Positions 18,952 through 28,409 of a stretch of DNA of 64,000 nt are shown piece by piece. The DNA comes from Candidatus Bathyarchaeota archaeon (lineage in GTDB: Archaea > Thermoproteota > Bathyarchaeia > Bathyarchaeales > Bathycorpusculaceae): assembly GCA_963715865.1 (NCBI GenBank), contig OY970280.1:2240001-2304000 (forward strand). Reading direction: 5' to 3'. The notes under the pieces were generated by a model that did no database searches, was not told the DNA's origin, and saw nothing but the letters and a program-made list of their open reading frames with translations. Every line of letters begins with the position of its first letter. The stretch's first letter is position 1. Made by a program: the position numbers and the translations under genes.

Positions 18952-21120
18952 ATGAAGAGACCAGTAAGATTAGGGAAGGCTAAACTACTTGTATCGAAGA
19001 TTCCGAAGAAAGCCTTTCTTGTCTCAGTTTTAATCGCTATAATTCTTGCTTTGTCAGTTGCCAGTGCAGTCCACGCCATTGGATTAATTGGCTCAATAAC
19101 GTCGGTTGGCTCTCCTTCGAGCATAGCTTATGATTCTGGTAGAAGCGAACTTTTTGTTGTTGATAGCAACAGTCATAACACAATCGACGTCATATCAGAT
19201 AGCAGCAACAGTTTAGTTGCCAGTATCCCTGTGGACGGGCCAACGGCTATAGCTTACGATTCTGGTAAAGGCGAAGTCTTCGTGGTTAACGCGTCCTTCG
19301 GAAGTTCTGCCACTGTTTCAGTCATATCAGACAGCAGCAATACAGTAGTCGCCACTATTCCTATTGGAGGCAACCCTGGCGGCCTCATTCACGGAATGAT
19401 TTATGATGCTGGCAAAGGCGAAATTTTCCTCCTCAACAACGGAGTCCAGGTAATATCCGACGAAACCAACACCATCATAGCGACCATACCCTCTTCAGCC
19501 AACTTCGAACCCTCTTGTCTTGCTTACGATTCTGGGAAGGGCGAGATTTTCGCGGTAAACAGCGGCAGTTCTGGCATGATCTCAATTATTTCAGATGCCA
19601 GCAACTCGGTAGTTAAGACTTTTTCGGTAGGGGGCTTTCCAAGCGATTTAGTCTATGACTCAGGCAAAGGAGAAATCTTTGTCCTAAACGAAGATGTAAT
19701 TCAAGTAGTATCGGACAAAAATAACGCTGTAATCGCAACCTTGAATCTTAGTAGCCAAGGATTAGTTTATGACTCTGGCAGAGGCGAAATCTTTACCATG
19801 GGCGCACACAACGGAATACTCTACGCCATATCCGACATCAACAATAATGTGGTTGAGTCCTTGACTGTGGGGGCCTACCTTCCCTTTGGCTTAACTTATG
19901 ATTCTGGTAAAGGTGAAATTTTGCTGGTTGGCTTCGGCACCATAACCGTCATATCTGATGCGCCCAGCTCCAATACCGCTTCTGTTCCAACCTCTGCTCT
20001 GCCCACAAGCACGACTCCGTCTGCCTCTCCAATCCCAACAACAACCGTTAAGGTAACCGCAACTATACCTGTTGGAACCAATCCTGAAGGGGTAGCTTAT
20101 GATTCAGGCAAGGGTGAAATGTTCATAGCCAACTATGGCTCCAACACAGTCTCTGTTATATCGGACCACAGCAACACCGTTGTGGCAACTGTGCCAGTGG
20201 GAGTCCAACCTGCAGGAGTTGCCTATGATTCCGGTAAGAGTGAAGTTTTTGTAACCAACGATGGCTCGGGCACTGTATCTGTCATATCGGACCAGACAAA
20301 CGCCGTTGTCGCGACCGTAACGGTGGGAACCAATCCTAACGGCATTGCTTACGACTCCGCCAAAAGCGAAATGTTTGTGGCAAATTGGGGATCCAACACT
20401 GTTTCGGTCATATCAGATGACAGTAATACCGTAGTGGCAACTGTACCCATGGGAACCAATGTCATGAGCGCAGCCCATCCCATAGGCGTAACGTATGATT
20501 CCGCTAAAGGCGAAATCTATGTAGTAAATTCCTACCCAAATACTAGCGGCTATGGCACGGTCTCTGTCATATCCGACAGCAACAACACCGTCCTTGAAAG
20601 CATAACCGTAGGAGGCTACCCCATCTACGCGGCTTATGATTCTGCAAAAGGCGAAATATTCGTAACTAACAGCCAGGACAATTTTATCTCGGTAATCTCA
20701 GACAGCACCCACGCCGTTGTTGCCAGCGTGACTTTTCCTTTTAACGAAGCCTACGCCTCTTGGGGCATAGCATATGATTCTGCCGATGGTCAGATATTTG
20801 TAGCTAATCAGCGAGGAACAGTCTACGTCTTATCAGACAGCTCAAACGCTTTAGTTGAGACTGCACCGTTGGGAAGCAATTTTAATTCCCACTGCATAGC
20901 CTATGATGTTGCCAAAAAAGAAATGTTTGTAACCAATAATGGTAACGGCGCGGTCTCAGTCCTATCTGTGTCCCCGATCACATCCCATCCAACCGCGCTG
21001 GGGCTCAGCAGTTTAGGTCTCATTTTAGTGGTGGTGGCAGTGGTGGCTGTAATCTTGTGTGCGGCTGCATTAGCAATAAGAAAATCAACCCGATCTCGCT
21101 CCGCTTCCAAGCAAATATAG
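18952..21120 (+). CDS. Double YncE/YVTN beta-propeller (7+7 blades) surface protein
   Basis: Fourteen YD repeats in two groups separated by an S/T/P linker; signal peptide; C-terminal TM. Confidence 0.88.
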   Translation: MKRPVRLGKAKLLVSKIPKKAFLVSVLIAIILALSVASAVHAIGLIGSITSVGSPSSIAYDSGRSELFVVDSNSHNTIDVISDSSNSLVASIPVDGPTAIAYDSGKGEVFVVNASFGSSATVSVISDSSNTVVATIPIGGNPGGLIHGMIYDAGKGEIFLLNNGVQVISDETNTIIATIPSSANFEPSCLAYDSGKGEIFAVNSGSSGMISIISDASNSVVKTFSVGGFPSDLVYDSGKGEIFVLNEDVIQVVSDKNNAVIATLNLSSQGLVYDSGRGEIFTMGAHNGILYAISDINNNVVESLTVGAYLPFGLTYDSGKGEILLVGFGTITVISDAPSSNTASVPTSALPTSTTPSASPIPTTTVKVTATIPVGTNPEGVAYDSGKGEMFIANYGSNTVSVISDHSNTVVATVPVGVQPAGVAYDSGKSEVFVTNDGSGTVSVISDQTNAVVATVTVGTNPNGIAYDSAKSEMFVANWGSNTVSVISDDSNTVVATVPMGTNVMSAAHPIGVTYDSAKGEIYVVNSYPNTSGYGTVSVISDSNNTVLESITVGGYPIYAAYDSAKGEIFVTNSQDNFISVISDSTHAVVASVTFPFNEAYASWGIAYDSADGQIFVANQRGTVYVLSDSSNALVETAPLGSNFNSHCIAYDVAKKEMFVTNNGNGAVSVLSVSPITSHPTALGLSSLGLILVVVAVVAVILCAAALAIRKSTRSRSASKQI

Positions 21121-21153
21121 AGCTTTGGCTTGAAGCATAATTGCGATGGATGA

Positions 21154-22113
21154 TTATTTTCTTTTTCCAAGCCTATCGAGCAGTGCGCTTGTCATTATGG
21201 GCATGATTACGGTGGCGTCGCCTTCTATCATGATGCGTTTGGCTTTTTCGTTGATTTTTCCCCAGGAAACGGCTTCTCGGGGTCTTGCGCCGCTGAGGCT
21301 TCCGTCCCACTCATCTGCGGTGCTTATGTAAACCACGTAATCTAAGCCATCCTTGAACTGATTCCACCAGATGGTGTGGTGTTTTGAGATTCCTCCGCCA
21401 ACAATTAAGGCGCCGCTTTTCTTAGCGTCAAAAATGATATTGTTAAGTTCGCCTGAGTCTTTAAGCAAGTTAAGCTTGAAATCATGGTCCTGACTGAAGA
21501 ACCATGTTTGATATCCTACTGCGCCATCGGTTATGCCTGGCACAAAGACTGGAATGTTGTTTTTGGCTGCCCAATAAAGAATTGAGCTGTCATTACAGCA
21601 GCGTAAGCCGATTTCGCGGACTAATTCGCTGGCTGAAACCTCACGTTTGCCTTCTTTGTATAAATCCTGTAGCAATGCTTGAATTTTCTGCTCTATAATT
21701 ATGCCATAACTGTCATTGGGGACAAGCACGTTTCCCAAACGGTTTACGCCTTCCTGATGGAGTTTAGAATCGTTCATTATGAAGCTGCCACGATAGTAGT
21801 CTCTCCAACAGCGTGCCATGTCATGGTCAAGTGTCCCGCAAGTGGTGATGACGACATCAACGAGTTTGCGTTTCACAAGCTCCCTCATCACGCCGCGTGT
21901 GCCTGTAGCGACGAGGTTGCCTGTAAAAGAGAGAAACTTTACGCAGCCTTTTGTGTTAATCATGCTTTCAAGGATGTTTACGCCTGTGGCAAGTTTGCCA
22001 GCGGTAAAACCCCAAGCTTTCTCCATCTGGTTAACAAGTTCATTTACGCTCATTTTATCATTGAATTCGTAGTCTTTGACTGCTTCTTTCAAGGACTTTC
22101 CCTTCCGTTTCAA
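21154..22113 (-). CDS. dys: Deoxyhypusine synthase, canonical archaeal type
   Basis: FTGNLVATG, NRLGNVLVP, PGITDGAVG, GGGISKHH, DGSLSGARPREAVSWGK. Confidence 0.93.
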   Translation of the reverse strand: MKRKGKSLKEAVKDYEFNDKMSVNELVNQMEKAWGFTAGKLATGVNILESMINTKGCVKFLSFTGNLVATGTRGVMRELVKRKLVDVVITTCGTLDHDMARCWRDYYRGSFIMNDSKLHQEGVNRLGNVLVPNDSYGIIIEQKIQALLQDLYKEGKREVSASELVREIGLRCCNDSSILYWAAKNNIPVFVPGITDGAVGYQTWFFSQDHDFKLNLLKDSGELNNIIFDAKKSGALIVGGGISKHHTIWWNQFKDGLDYVVYISTADEWDGSLSGARPREAVSWGKINEKAKRIMIEGDATVIMPIMTSALLDRLGKRK

Positions 22114-22198
22114 TATTCCAACAACCTAAGCGAAATAAATATGTTCGTCTCCTACCGTAGCAGTCGAAAGATTTTTCCTAAACAAACTCTAAGGTATA

Positions 22199-22699
22199 GT
22201 GAAGTTGACCGCGGTGGAAAGAAAGAAAACTTCTATAATTCGTCGGGCAAACGCTCACGACATCGGAGTTATCTCTGAAATTGAAAAGAAATGCTTCCCA
22301 GGATTAACTGCTTATTCTAAGCGACAGCTGGCATATTTAATCCTGAAAGCTAACAGTACAGTTCTTGTCGAAACTGAAAACTGCATATTACGAGGGTTCA
22401 TAATCGTAACCTACCGTAAGGGAAGTCGAATCGGCAGCATCGAAACGTTCGATGTCGACCCACGTTTTCGAAACCTAAGTGTGGGCATCAGCCTTCTGGC
22501 AGCAGCAGAAGAGGACATGAAGCAGCGGGGGATGAAATTCGCGCAACTCGAAGTTTCTGAAAGAAATGAACCTGCAATCAACCTCTATCAAAAAGCAGGT
22601 TACACAATCAAGCAGAGACTTGTAGGCTTTTACCGATTTGAACACAACGGAACACGCGATGCCATCCGCATGGTCAAACCTCTCTTTAAGGCTCCGTAG
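22199..22699 (+). CDS. RimI-like GNAT N-acetyltransferase
   Basis: DVDPRFRNLSVG, LEVSERNEPAINLYQKAGY. Confidence 0.85.
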   Translation: MKLTAVERKKTSIIRRANAHDIGVISEIEKKCFPGLTAYSKRQLAYLILKANSTVLVETENCILRGFIIVTYRKGSRIGSIETFDVDPRFRNLSVGISLLAAAEEDMKQRGMKFAQLEVSERNEPAINLYQKAGYTIKQRLVGFYRFEHNGTRDAIRMVKPLFKAP

Positions 22700-24125
22700 T
22701 TGGAACCCAAACGTCGTTATACAATTTTGTAAAGCCGTTCGTATATTCTGTTATTATCTTAAGCAGAGGAGCACGATAACGCTTTGGCACCAACTGCATG
22801 TCACCCGTGCTTTTGTGAAGATGAATAGTTTCAACATGAGCATGTTCTGTTCCCTTTATTGAAGAGTCATATTTGTTGGCGAGAAAAGCGGCGTGCTCCC
22901 GTTCATCTTCATCCAGTCTGAGACCCCCCTTGGCTAGTCGAGCAGGAAATGCGGCGATTTCCTTTTTGCCATAGCCCATAATGGCGGGATTAACGTTGTT
23001 GGCGCGAAGGAACAACTGAATTCCGAGACACTTGCTGCAGTCGCCGCACGGCACCATGTCTCTGCCTTGGAAGTGGCAACTGTGGCAGGAGCGTTGAAAC
23101 TTAGCAAGTTCTGGATATCGTCGGGTTAATATCCTCTCCACAATGAGTCCTGACACTGGTCTAACGGCACTCCATTGGCGCATTCCAGGCATCCTCTTTT
23201 CGTACCATTTCTCCATTCTTAAGTCAAAGTCTTGCGTCTGGTCGTAGACGCCATAATAATGCTTTATTCCTTTGTAGAACGGAGAAATGCGGGGGTCGTC
23301 AAATTCGCTTCCGATTAATAAGTTGCCGATTTTTTGGGAAAAGAATATCGGTAGTAAATAGAAAACGTAGACTGGGAATATGCATAGCCTTATTGGGTAA
23401 GTGTCTGACCATACTTGCCTGTGATCAGGCCTAATGATTCTCATATGATCCAGCATGAAAGTGTAAAACCTGTCCACATTAATCCAAACTCTCCCCGTAT
23501 TGGGCTCGCTGGTTACGTGGTGACGGTAAGCTGGAAGTGCGGTTCGCCAGTGTCCACCGCTCTCGTTGACATACAAGGGATAAACCTTTGCCCCAACCTC
23601 CTTCAACATGGCATAAGTCAAAAGGCTCTCTTTTCCACCACTTGAAAGTACACCACACGAGTTTTCATCAAGTCCAGAGCAAAGCTGGGAATCTTCTACG
23701 ACAGAGGCAGGGACTAAGCTTGCTATTGGCTTAGCGTTCGCTTCAGTTGCGTCTTCATCTGATAATCTAAATTCAGGTAAAACATAGGGGTTTTTTCTAC
23801 GTATCAACTTGTTGATGAAAATGTCTCTGCTGAAAATATCCAAAAAATCCTTCAGCAGCGAAAAATCAGATTCGCTTATTGAATAGTTGAGTTTGATTTC
23901 CTTGGTGAAGAGGCCGTAGTTAAGAATAGGCATAGCTGACGCCAGCCTCAAAAAAGCCAAGTGCTCTGCTGATAGAGATTTCTCGTATTTGGAGAGAAGA
24001 ACGAAGCTGTGCCGTTCTCCATCAATACTCTCACACGTTATGCGTGTTCTTACAGTTTTTTCCTTAATTTCTGGGTCGTAGATTTCGATAGAATTGAAAC
24101 ACTGAATATTCGTTACATTAACCAT
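22686..24125 (-). CDS. PP-loop adenine-nucleotide alpha-hydrolase with C-terminal Cys cluster (QueC/MurL-like)
   Basis: LSSGGKESLL PP-loop; RSCHSCH...CGDCSKC. Confidence 0.6.
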   Translation of the reverse strand: MVNVTNIQCFNSIEIYDPEIKEKTVRTRITCESIDGERHSFVLLSKYEKSLSAEHLAFLRLASAMPILNYGLFTKEIKLNYSISESDFSLLKDFLDIFSRDIFINKLIRRKNPYVLPEFRLSDEDATEANAKPIASLVPASVVEDSQLCSGLDENSCGVLSSGGKESLLTYAMLKEVGAKVYPLYVNESGGHWRTALPAYRHHVTSEPNTGRVWINVDRFYTFMLDHMRIIRPDHRQVWSDTYPIRLCIFPVYVFYLLPIFFSQKIGNLLIGSEFDDPRISPFYKGIKHYYGVYDQTQDFDLRMEKWYEKRMPGMRQWSAVRPVSGLIVERILTRRYPELAKFQRSCHSCHFQGRDMVPCGDCSKCLGIQLFLRANNVNPAIMGYGKKEIAAFPARLAKGGLRLDEDEREHAAFLANKYDSSIKGTEHAHVETIHLHKSTGDMQLVPKRYRAPLLKIITEYTNGFTKLYNDVWVPTTEP

Positions 24126-25167
24126 CCCTAAGTTTCTCGATGGCGTCAGCTATCTGTGTAACGCCGTCAATGACGGGATCTTCTACAGGCACCTTGAATC
24201 TTTTATGCAGCTTAGATTTGGCTTTTACAGCATCCTCGTTCGATAGGTGCTCATGATTGATGCTTATTCCGATGAGGGGACGTTGTGAAAGGAGCTTGGC
24301 TATCTTAACAACGCGGAGAGGATCAGGCATAGGGTAGCCGGGGAATCCATCAAGATATGGACGGCCAGGGGCATCTTGCAATGTGAAGCCGTGAACTTGT
24401 CCTGCAGCCAATATCTCAAATCCGCCTGGGAAAAATGGGTGCACCAAACTTCCTTGTCCTTCGATTATGATGAATTCGGGTTTTTCATCTCTCCAAGAGT
24501 CAAGTATTGCTCCTTCAATTCCACCTGAAACAAAGTCGTTTATCAATGCGTCAATGACTGCTCCATGTGGCCAACCTTGCATCCATCCAGTTTGTCCAGT
24601 GTAAATCATGTCAGCTTTGCGTTTGCGTTTCCTCAGTTCGTTGACTATCATGACTGCCGTGGTTCTCTTGCCAATAGCTGAATCTGTGCCTAAGGTGGCA
24701 ATTCTGGTTGAGCCTACTTTGCCAATTTCACCTGTGTAAAACCGTTTGTGGTCTCTGAACATCTTGCGGACGTCTGTGATTTTGCAACCGTTTTTGTTAG
24801 CTATTGAAGTAAACCGCTCCTCGTCTGAGATGAATTGATGAAGCCCTGAAACAACATTTAGGCCTTGCTGCAAAGCATAAATGACCGCTTTGTCGTAACC
24901 TTGCGGCAAAATGCCTCCTTCGGAAACTGCTCCGATTATAAATGTGTCTGGTTTAGTTTTTTCGCGGGCTTCTTCTAAGTCGTGGAATAGTGGGATTCCT
25001 CTTTTTTTTCCGTCTAATATTTCCCCTGCGTCCCCCAGAGGAGCAGTTGAATCTACGACACCCACAATTTTGTATCTGGTTGTGTAACGTACAAGTCCGT
25101 GAGCTGTTTTGCCGTTTGCATTCAGGTATTCTCTTTCGCAGTAGACTAATGCTTTTTCTTCTGACAT
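24118..25167 (-). CDS. DUF1611 family protein (DgcN-like)
   Basis: KTAHGLVRY, LNVVSGLH, GTDSAIGKRTT, TGQTGWMQG, IIEGQGSL.HP. Confidence 0.85.
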   Translation of the reverse strand: MSEEKALVYCEREYLNANGKTAHGLVRYTTRYKIVGVVDSTAPLGDAGEILDGKKRGIPLFHDLEEAREKTKPDTFIIGAVSEGGILPQGYDKAVIYALQQGLNVVSGLHQFISDEERFTSIANKNGCKITDVRKMFRDHKRFYTGEIGKVGSTRIATLGTDSAIGKRTTAVMIVNELRKRKRKADMIYTGQTGWMQGWPHGAVIDALINDFVSGGIEGAILDSWRDEKPEFIIIEGQGSLVHPFFPGGFEILAAGQVHGFTLQDAPGRPYLDGFPGYPMPDPLRVVKIAKLLSQRPLIGISINHEHLSNEDAVKAKSKLHKRFKVPVEDPVIDGVTQIADAIEKLRDG

Positions 25168-25174
25168 ATGTTGC

Positions 25175-26311
25175 TCACGCTTTGCGCCCAGTAAGAATTA
25201 CCACATATCGGTCGCCAGGGTAAGGTTCCTTTTTATGCCTGTCCAGAAGCGCTATTAGCCCGGCTGTGGACGCTGGAAGGACACTTAAACCTTCCTTTTC
25301 TCTTATTAAGCGCGCGTAATCCATCATGCTCTTGTCCGTTGCGTATGCAGCCCATCCATGGGTTTGTCTGATGGCGGATAGTGCGTAGTCGCCGTCGATT
25401 GAACGCCAGTTGATTAAAGGCTCGTTGATCGTGGTGTTTCTGATTTTTTCTGGTTTTAAGTCGCAACAGTGGGGCATGTTTTTGATGAATGCGTTTATTA
25501 TGGGATTCATGCCGTAGGATGAGCCTGCGATGAAGCGGGGTATGCGGGATGTTTTTCCTCGGTTGTATAGACTTAGGAAGCCTCTGTATATTCCTGCTAT
25601 TGTGGAGCCATTTGAGGCTGGTACGGCCACGGCGGCAGGTGCGTCTCTGAGTTCGTCGTAGATTTCGTAGGCTATTTCGCCGTATGCTTTGAATTGGAGG
25701 TTGGTGTTGCTTCCGCCTGGATTTGCATCGTAGTATCCGTTTTCTTCAGCTTGTTCTCGGGAAATTGTCACTGACTCTTCATAATCTCCGGGAGTTTTGA
25801 TTATTTCCGCGCCCCATTGTTTGATTTCTTTGATTCTGTTAGCGTGGTACTCTTCAGGGATGTAGATTAGGCAACGTAATCCAGCTAGGGATGCGGCTAG
25901 CGCGATTGCTGCGCCGTAGTTGCCGCATGAGGCGACTGTTATCTCGTTGTATCCTCTGCGGAGTGCGTCGAGGGCTTGTGCGAAGGCGATGCGGTCTTTT
26001 TGTGTTCCGGTTGGGTTTCCGCCTTCGAATTTTAAGTATATTTGTCGGAGTCCCACTTCTCTTTCGATGTTTCTTGCGCGGGTTAGGTTTGTGTCGCCCA
26101 CTTCTGAGTCAAGTATTATTTCGAAGCATTCGAGCCGTTCTTCTAGCGATTTGCTTCGATCTCGGGCTGTTTTGCTTTCAAAATACAGTTCGGGTGTTAT
26201 TGACGGAACTTGGGCGGTTGCGCCGTCCAAAAGTGAGAAGGGGCTGCGACTTTTTAGATCCTCGTCGTTTTCATGGTTATGTTGAGGAGGTTCTTCTTTG
26301 GTCTCTTCCAT
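25175..26311 (-). CDS. Fold-type II PLP-dependent enzyme (threonine synthase-like)
   Basis: LKFEGGNPTGTQKDR (PLP Lys), ASCGNYGAA, PASNG, ASTAGL, ILTG; motif deviates from canonical GSFKDR. Confidence 0.8.
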   Translation of the reverse strand: MEETKEEPPQHNHENDEDLKSRSPFSLLDGATAQVPSITPELYFESKTARDRSKSLEERLECFEIILDSEVGDTNLTRARNIEREVGLRQIYLKFEGGNPTGTQKDRIAFAQALDALRRGYNEITVASCGNYGAAIALAASLAGLRCLIYIPEEYHANRIKEIKQWGAEIIKTPGDYEESVTISREQAEENGYYDANPGGSNTNLQFKAYGEIAYEIYDELRDAPAAVAVPASNGSTIAGIYRGFLSLYNRGKTSRIPRFIAGSSYGMNPIINAFIKNMPHCCDLKPEKIRNTTINEPLINWRSIDGDYALSAIRQTHGWAAYATDKSMMDYARLIREKEGLSVLPASTAGLIALLDRHKKEPYPGDRYVVILTGRKA

Positions 26312-26803
26312 AATTATTTCTCTTCCATGATTATTCCTTGTTTAGGATTGCTTTGTGTTTTGAGATAGTACTTATTTCTAACTATACAATTCTTGGATAA
26401 CGCCAAGTGAAGCTTCGATTCGATTGATGAATCTAGAAACGTTGAAGGCTTTAACAGATACGAATCAGTTGCTAGGTCGATGTTTGAGACGACCAACACT
26501 CATTAGACACCAGTAATTAAAAGGCGATATTAGTGCAGTTATATTTAAAATTAACTATAATTAATTCGTTGATTATGTCCACATCCAAAATTAACGCTAA
26601 ATAAAAAGAAGCATAATCACCTTTACAATTTGAAGAGACAAAGACAATGCAAAACGCCGTCTCAACGCTAAACCAAATCGTAAAGGAAACATGGTGGCCT
26701 GCTTCTTGGAACAGGAAATGCGTCCTCTTCTGGCACAGACATTCAAAATTGGCGAGGACGACTTGCCTTTAGAAGTTGTTCGAAAGCTTGGCTTAAAATA
26801 ATC

Positions 26804-27169
26804 TTATAGAAAGCCTGCGTCCTTTAATTTTAACGCCAAGCTAAGGTTGCCTTTGAAATGGATTTTTCCTGTGAAAAAAGCTTTCTCAGTGCTTAACTTT
26901 CCGTTTACTATGTTCATAAAATCGCTTACAGCGATCTTCAGTGTCAATGCTGGTGATGGCTGGGTTCCCTTTGTTACCTGCAATTTTTGATCTTTTATAA
27001 TGACCACCCAGTCACCTCCGTCTGAACCGGTTAAGTTTAATTGAGCTATAACGTCAATGCCTGCCGCTTTATCAGGTTTGAATCTGGCGGGTAACGCTTT
27101 TTCGAAAAACTCGTTTGGCGTTTTAGCTTCCATCATTTTCAACTCATAGTTTCCTCCTATTGTACACAA
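26804..27169 (-). CDS. SCP2 sterol/lipid-binding domain protein
   Basis: GGDWVVII..Q...G....P.LTL...DF...VNGKL....AFFTGKI..KGNL.LALKL. Confidence 0.85.
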   Translation of the reverse strand: MCTIGGNYELKMMEAKTPNEFFEKALPARFKPDKAAGIDVIAQLNLTGSDGGDWVVIIKDQKLQVTKGTQPSPALTLKIAVSDFMNIVNGKLSTEKAFFTGKIHFKGNLSLALKLKDAGFL

Positions 27170-27196
27170 TTAGGTTATTGAACTTTATTGAATGGT

Positions 27197-27955
27197 TTAT
27201 CTGAAAAGGTCTTTTTCTTTTGGTCTAGTGAGTTCTGTTGCTGAGGCATTTTCGGCAGTTTGGTAATTGTACCCTCGGATGATAGCGGCTGGTATTCCCT
27301 CATTCGCTTGACCAATGACAAGTTCCGCTGCCGAAGATAATTCGTCCGCGATGGCGGTTTGTTTTATTCTCAGAACATATCCGAATAGGTCTTTTTCGCC
27401 TCGTCTGTCTCTTATAGGCTTGATTCCTGCTACGCCTACTGCAACGTTTATTTCGCCCATGCGGAAGGGTCTTCCATGCGTGTCAGAAACGATTACTGCA
27501 ACGTTAGCCCCTGTTAACCGTTTTATTTCTTGCCTTATGTTTTGTGCAGAAGCATTAGGGTTTTTTGGCAGTGGCACAACATTTCTGTCGCCTGAAACGT
27601 TGGATCGGTCTACTCCAGCGTTGGCACAAATCACGCCACTCTTGGTTTCTGTAATGATGCTGTTTTGACCAATTCGAATAATGTCTTTGGTTTCTTGAAG
27701 AATAACTTCAACCATAGCAGGGTCTTTGTTTGTTTTTTGCGCTATTTCCTTTGCCCTTTTCGAAGGCGGTACTTCGTCAAGGTTAATGACGTTTCCTTCA
27801 GCTTTCGAAACAGCAACATGCGTAACCACAATGACGTCTTTTTCTTGGATTGGTGTGTTCTGTTTTTTTGTCGCTTCAACGATAAGCTGACCCAAGTTGT
27901 CTCCTTTCTTTATTAACGGTAAATTTTCAACAGCGATTACTTGAACAGTGTTCAC
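27197..27955 (-). CDS. cofE: Coenzyme F420-0:L-glutamate ligase
   Basis: LPLIKKGDNL, VSKAEG, ANAGVDRSN, SDTHGRPFR, ADELSSAAELVIGQ. Confidence 0.93.
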   Translation of the reverse strand: MNTVQVIAVENLPLIKKGDNLGQLIVEATKKQNTPIQEKDVIVVTHVAVSKAEGNVINLDEVPPSKRAKEIAQKTNKDPAMVEVILQETKDIIRIGQNSIITETKSGVICANAGVDRSNVSGDRNVVPLPKNPNASAQNIRQEIKRLTGANVAVIVSDTHGRPFRMGEINVAVGVAGIKPIRDRRGEKDLFGYVLRIKQTAIADELSSAAELVIGQANEGIPAAIIRGYNYQTAENASATELTRPKEKDLFR

Positions 27956-28104
27956 ACAACATACCTCTACTGAATCATTAATTGCTAATTATTCAATAGA
28001 AACTTAAGGTTATCTCGATAAGAAAATTGAAAAAAAGTTGATTCGAAACCTGGAATAAGGGGGCAGATAAAGTGTCTCTTTTTTTGCGAGGCAAACTTGA
28101 CTCG

Positions 28105-28400
28105 CTGAGCTTAAGCAAGGTGGCAGGCAAATAATCGGCGCTATCAGGGTGATCGCTGAACCTGATGGAAAAAGTAGCGGGTTCGCTGTCTTGGTTGCCG
28201 ATCAATGGCAACTTAAAGGTCTTGGATTAATGCTAATGGATTACATAATAGCGGTTGCAAGAAACATGAGACTGGAGAGAATCTTTGCTACTGTTCTTCC
28301 AGATAACATTAAAATGATAAGGTTATGCGAGAAAAAGGGATTTAAGATAGAAACGTTGGATGAAGAGACTGTTAAAGCGTCTCTAGTCCTATCCTATTAG
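28105..28400 (+). pseudogene. Truncated GNAT domain remnant
   Basis: In-frame AELKQGGRQIIGAIRVIAEPDGKSSGFAVLVADQWQLKGLG...DNIKMIRLCEKKGF, preceded by TGA; N-terminal part missing. Confidence 0.55.
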
Positions 28401-28409
28401 GGTCTTCTG

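Noticed and set aside
14803-21120. Regular 120-130-bp periodicity that could mimic a CRISPR or DGR array
   Set aside because: The repeats are in-frame, protein-coding propeller blades with synonymous divergence; no identical repeats with unique spacers, and no cas or reverse transcriptase genes.
26314-26801. 61-aa minus ORF and 36-aa plus ORF (26691-26801) in the gap before the PLP operon
   Set aside because: No recognisable domain or RBS support; cannot distinguish from chance or remnants.
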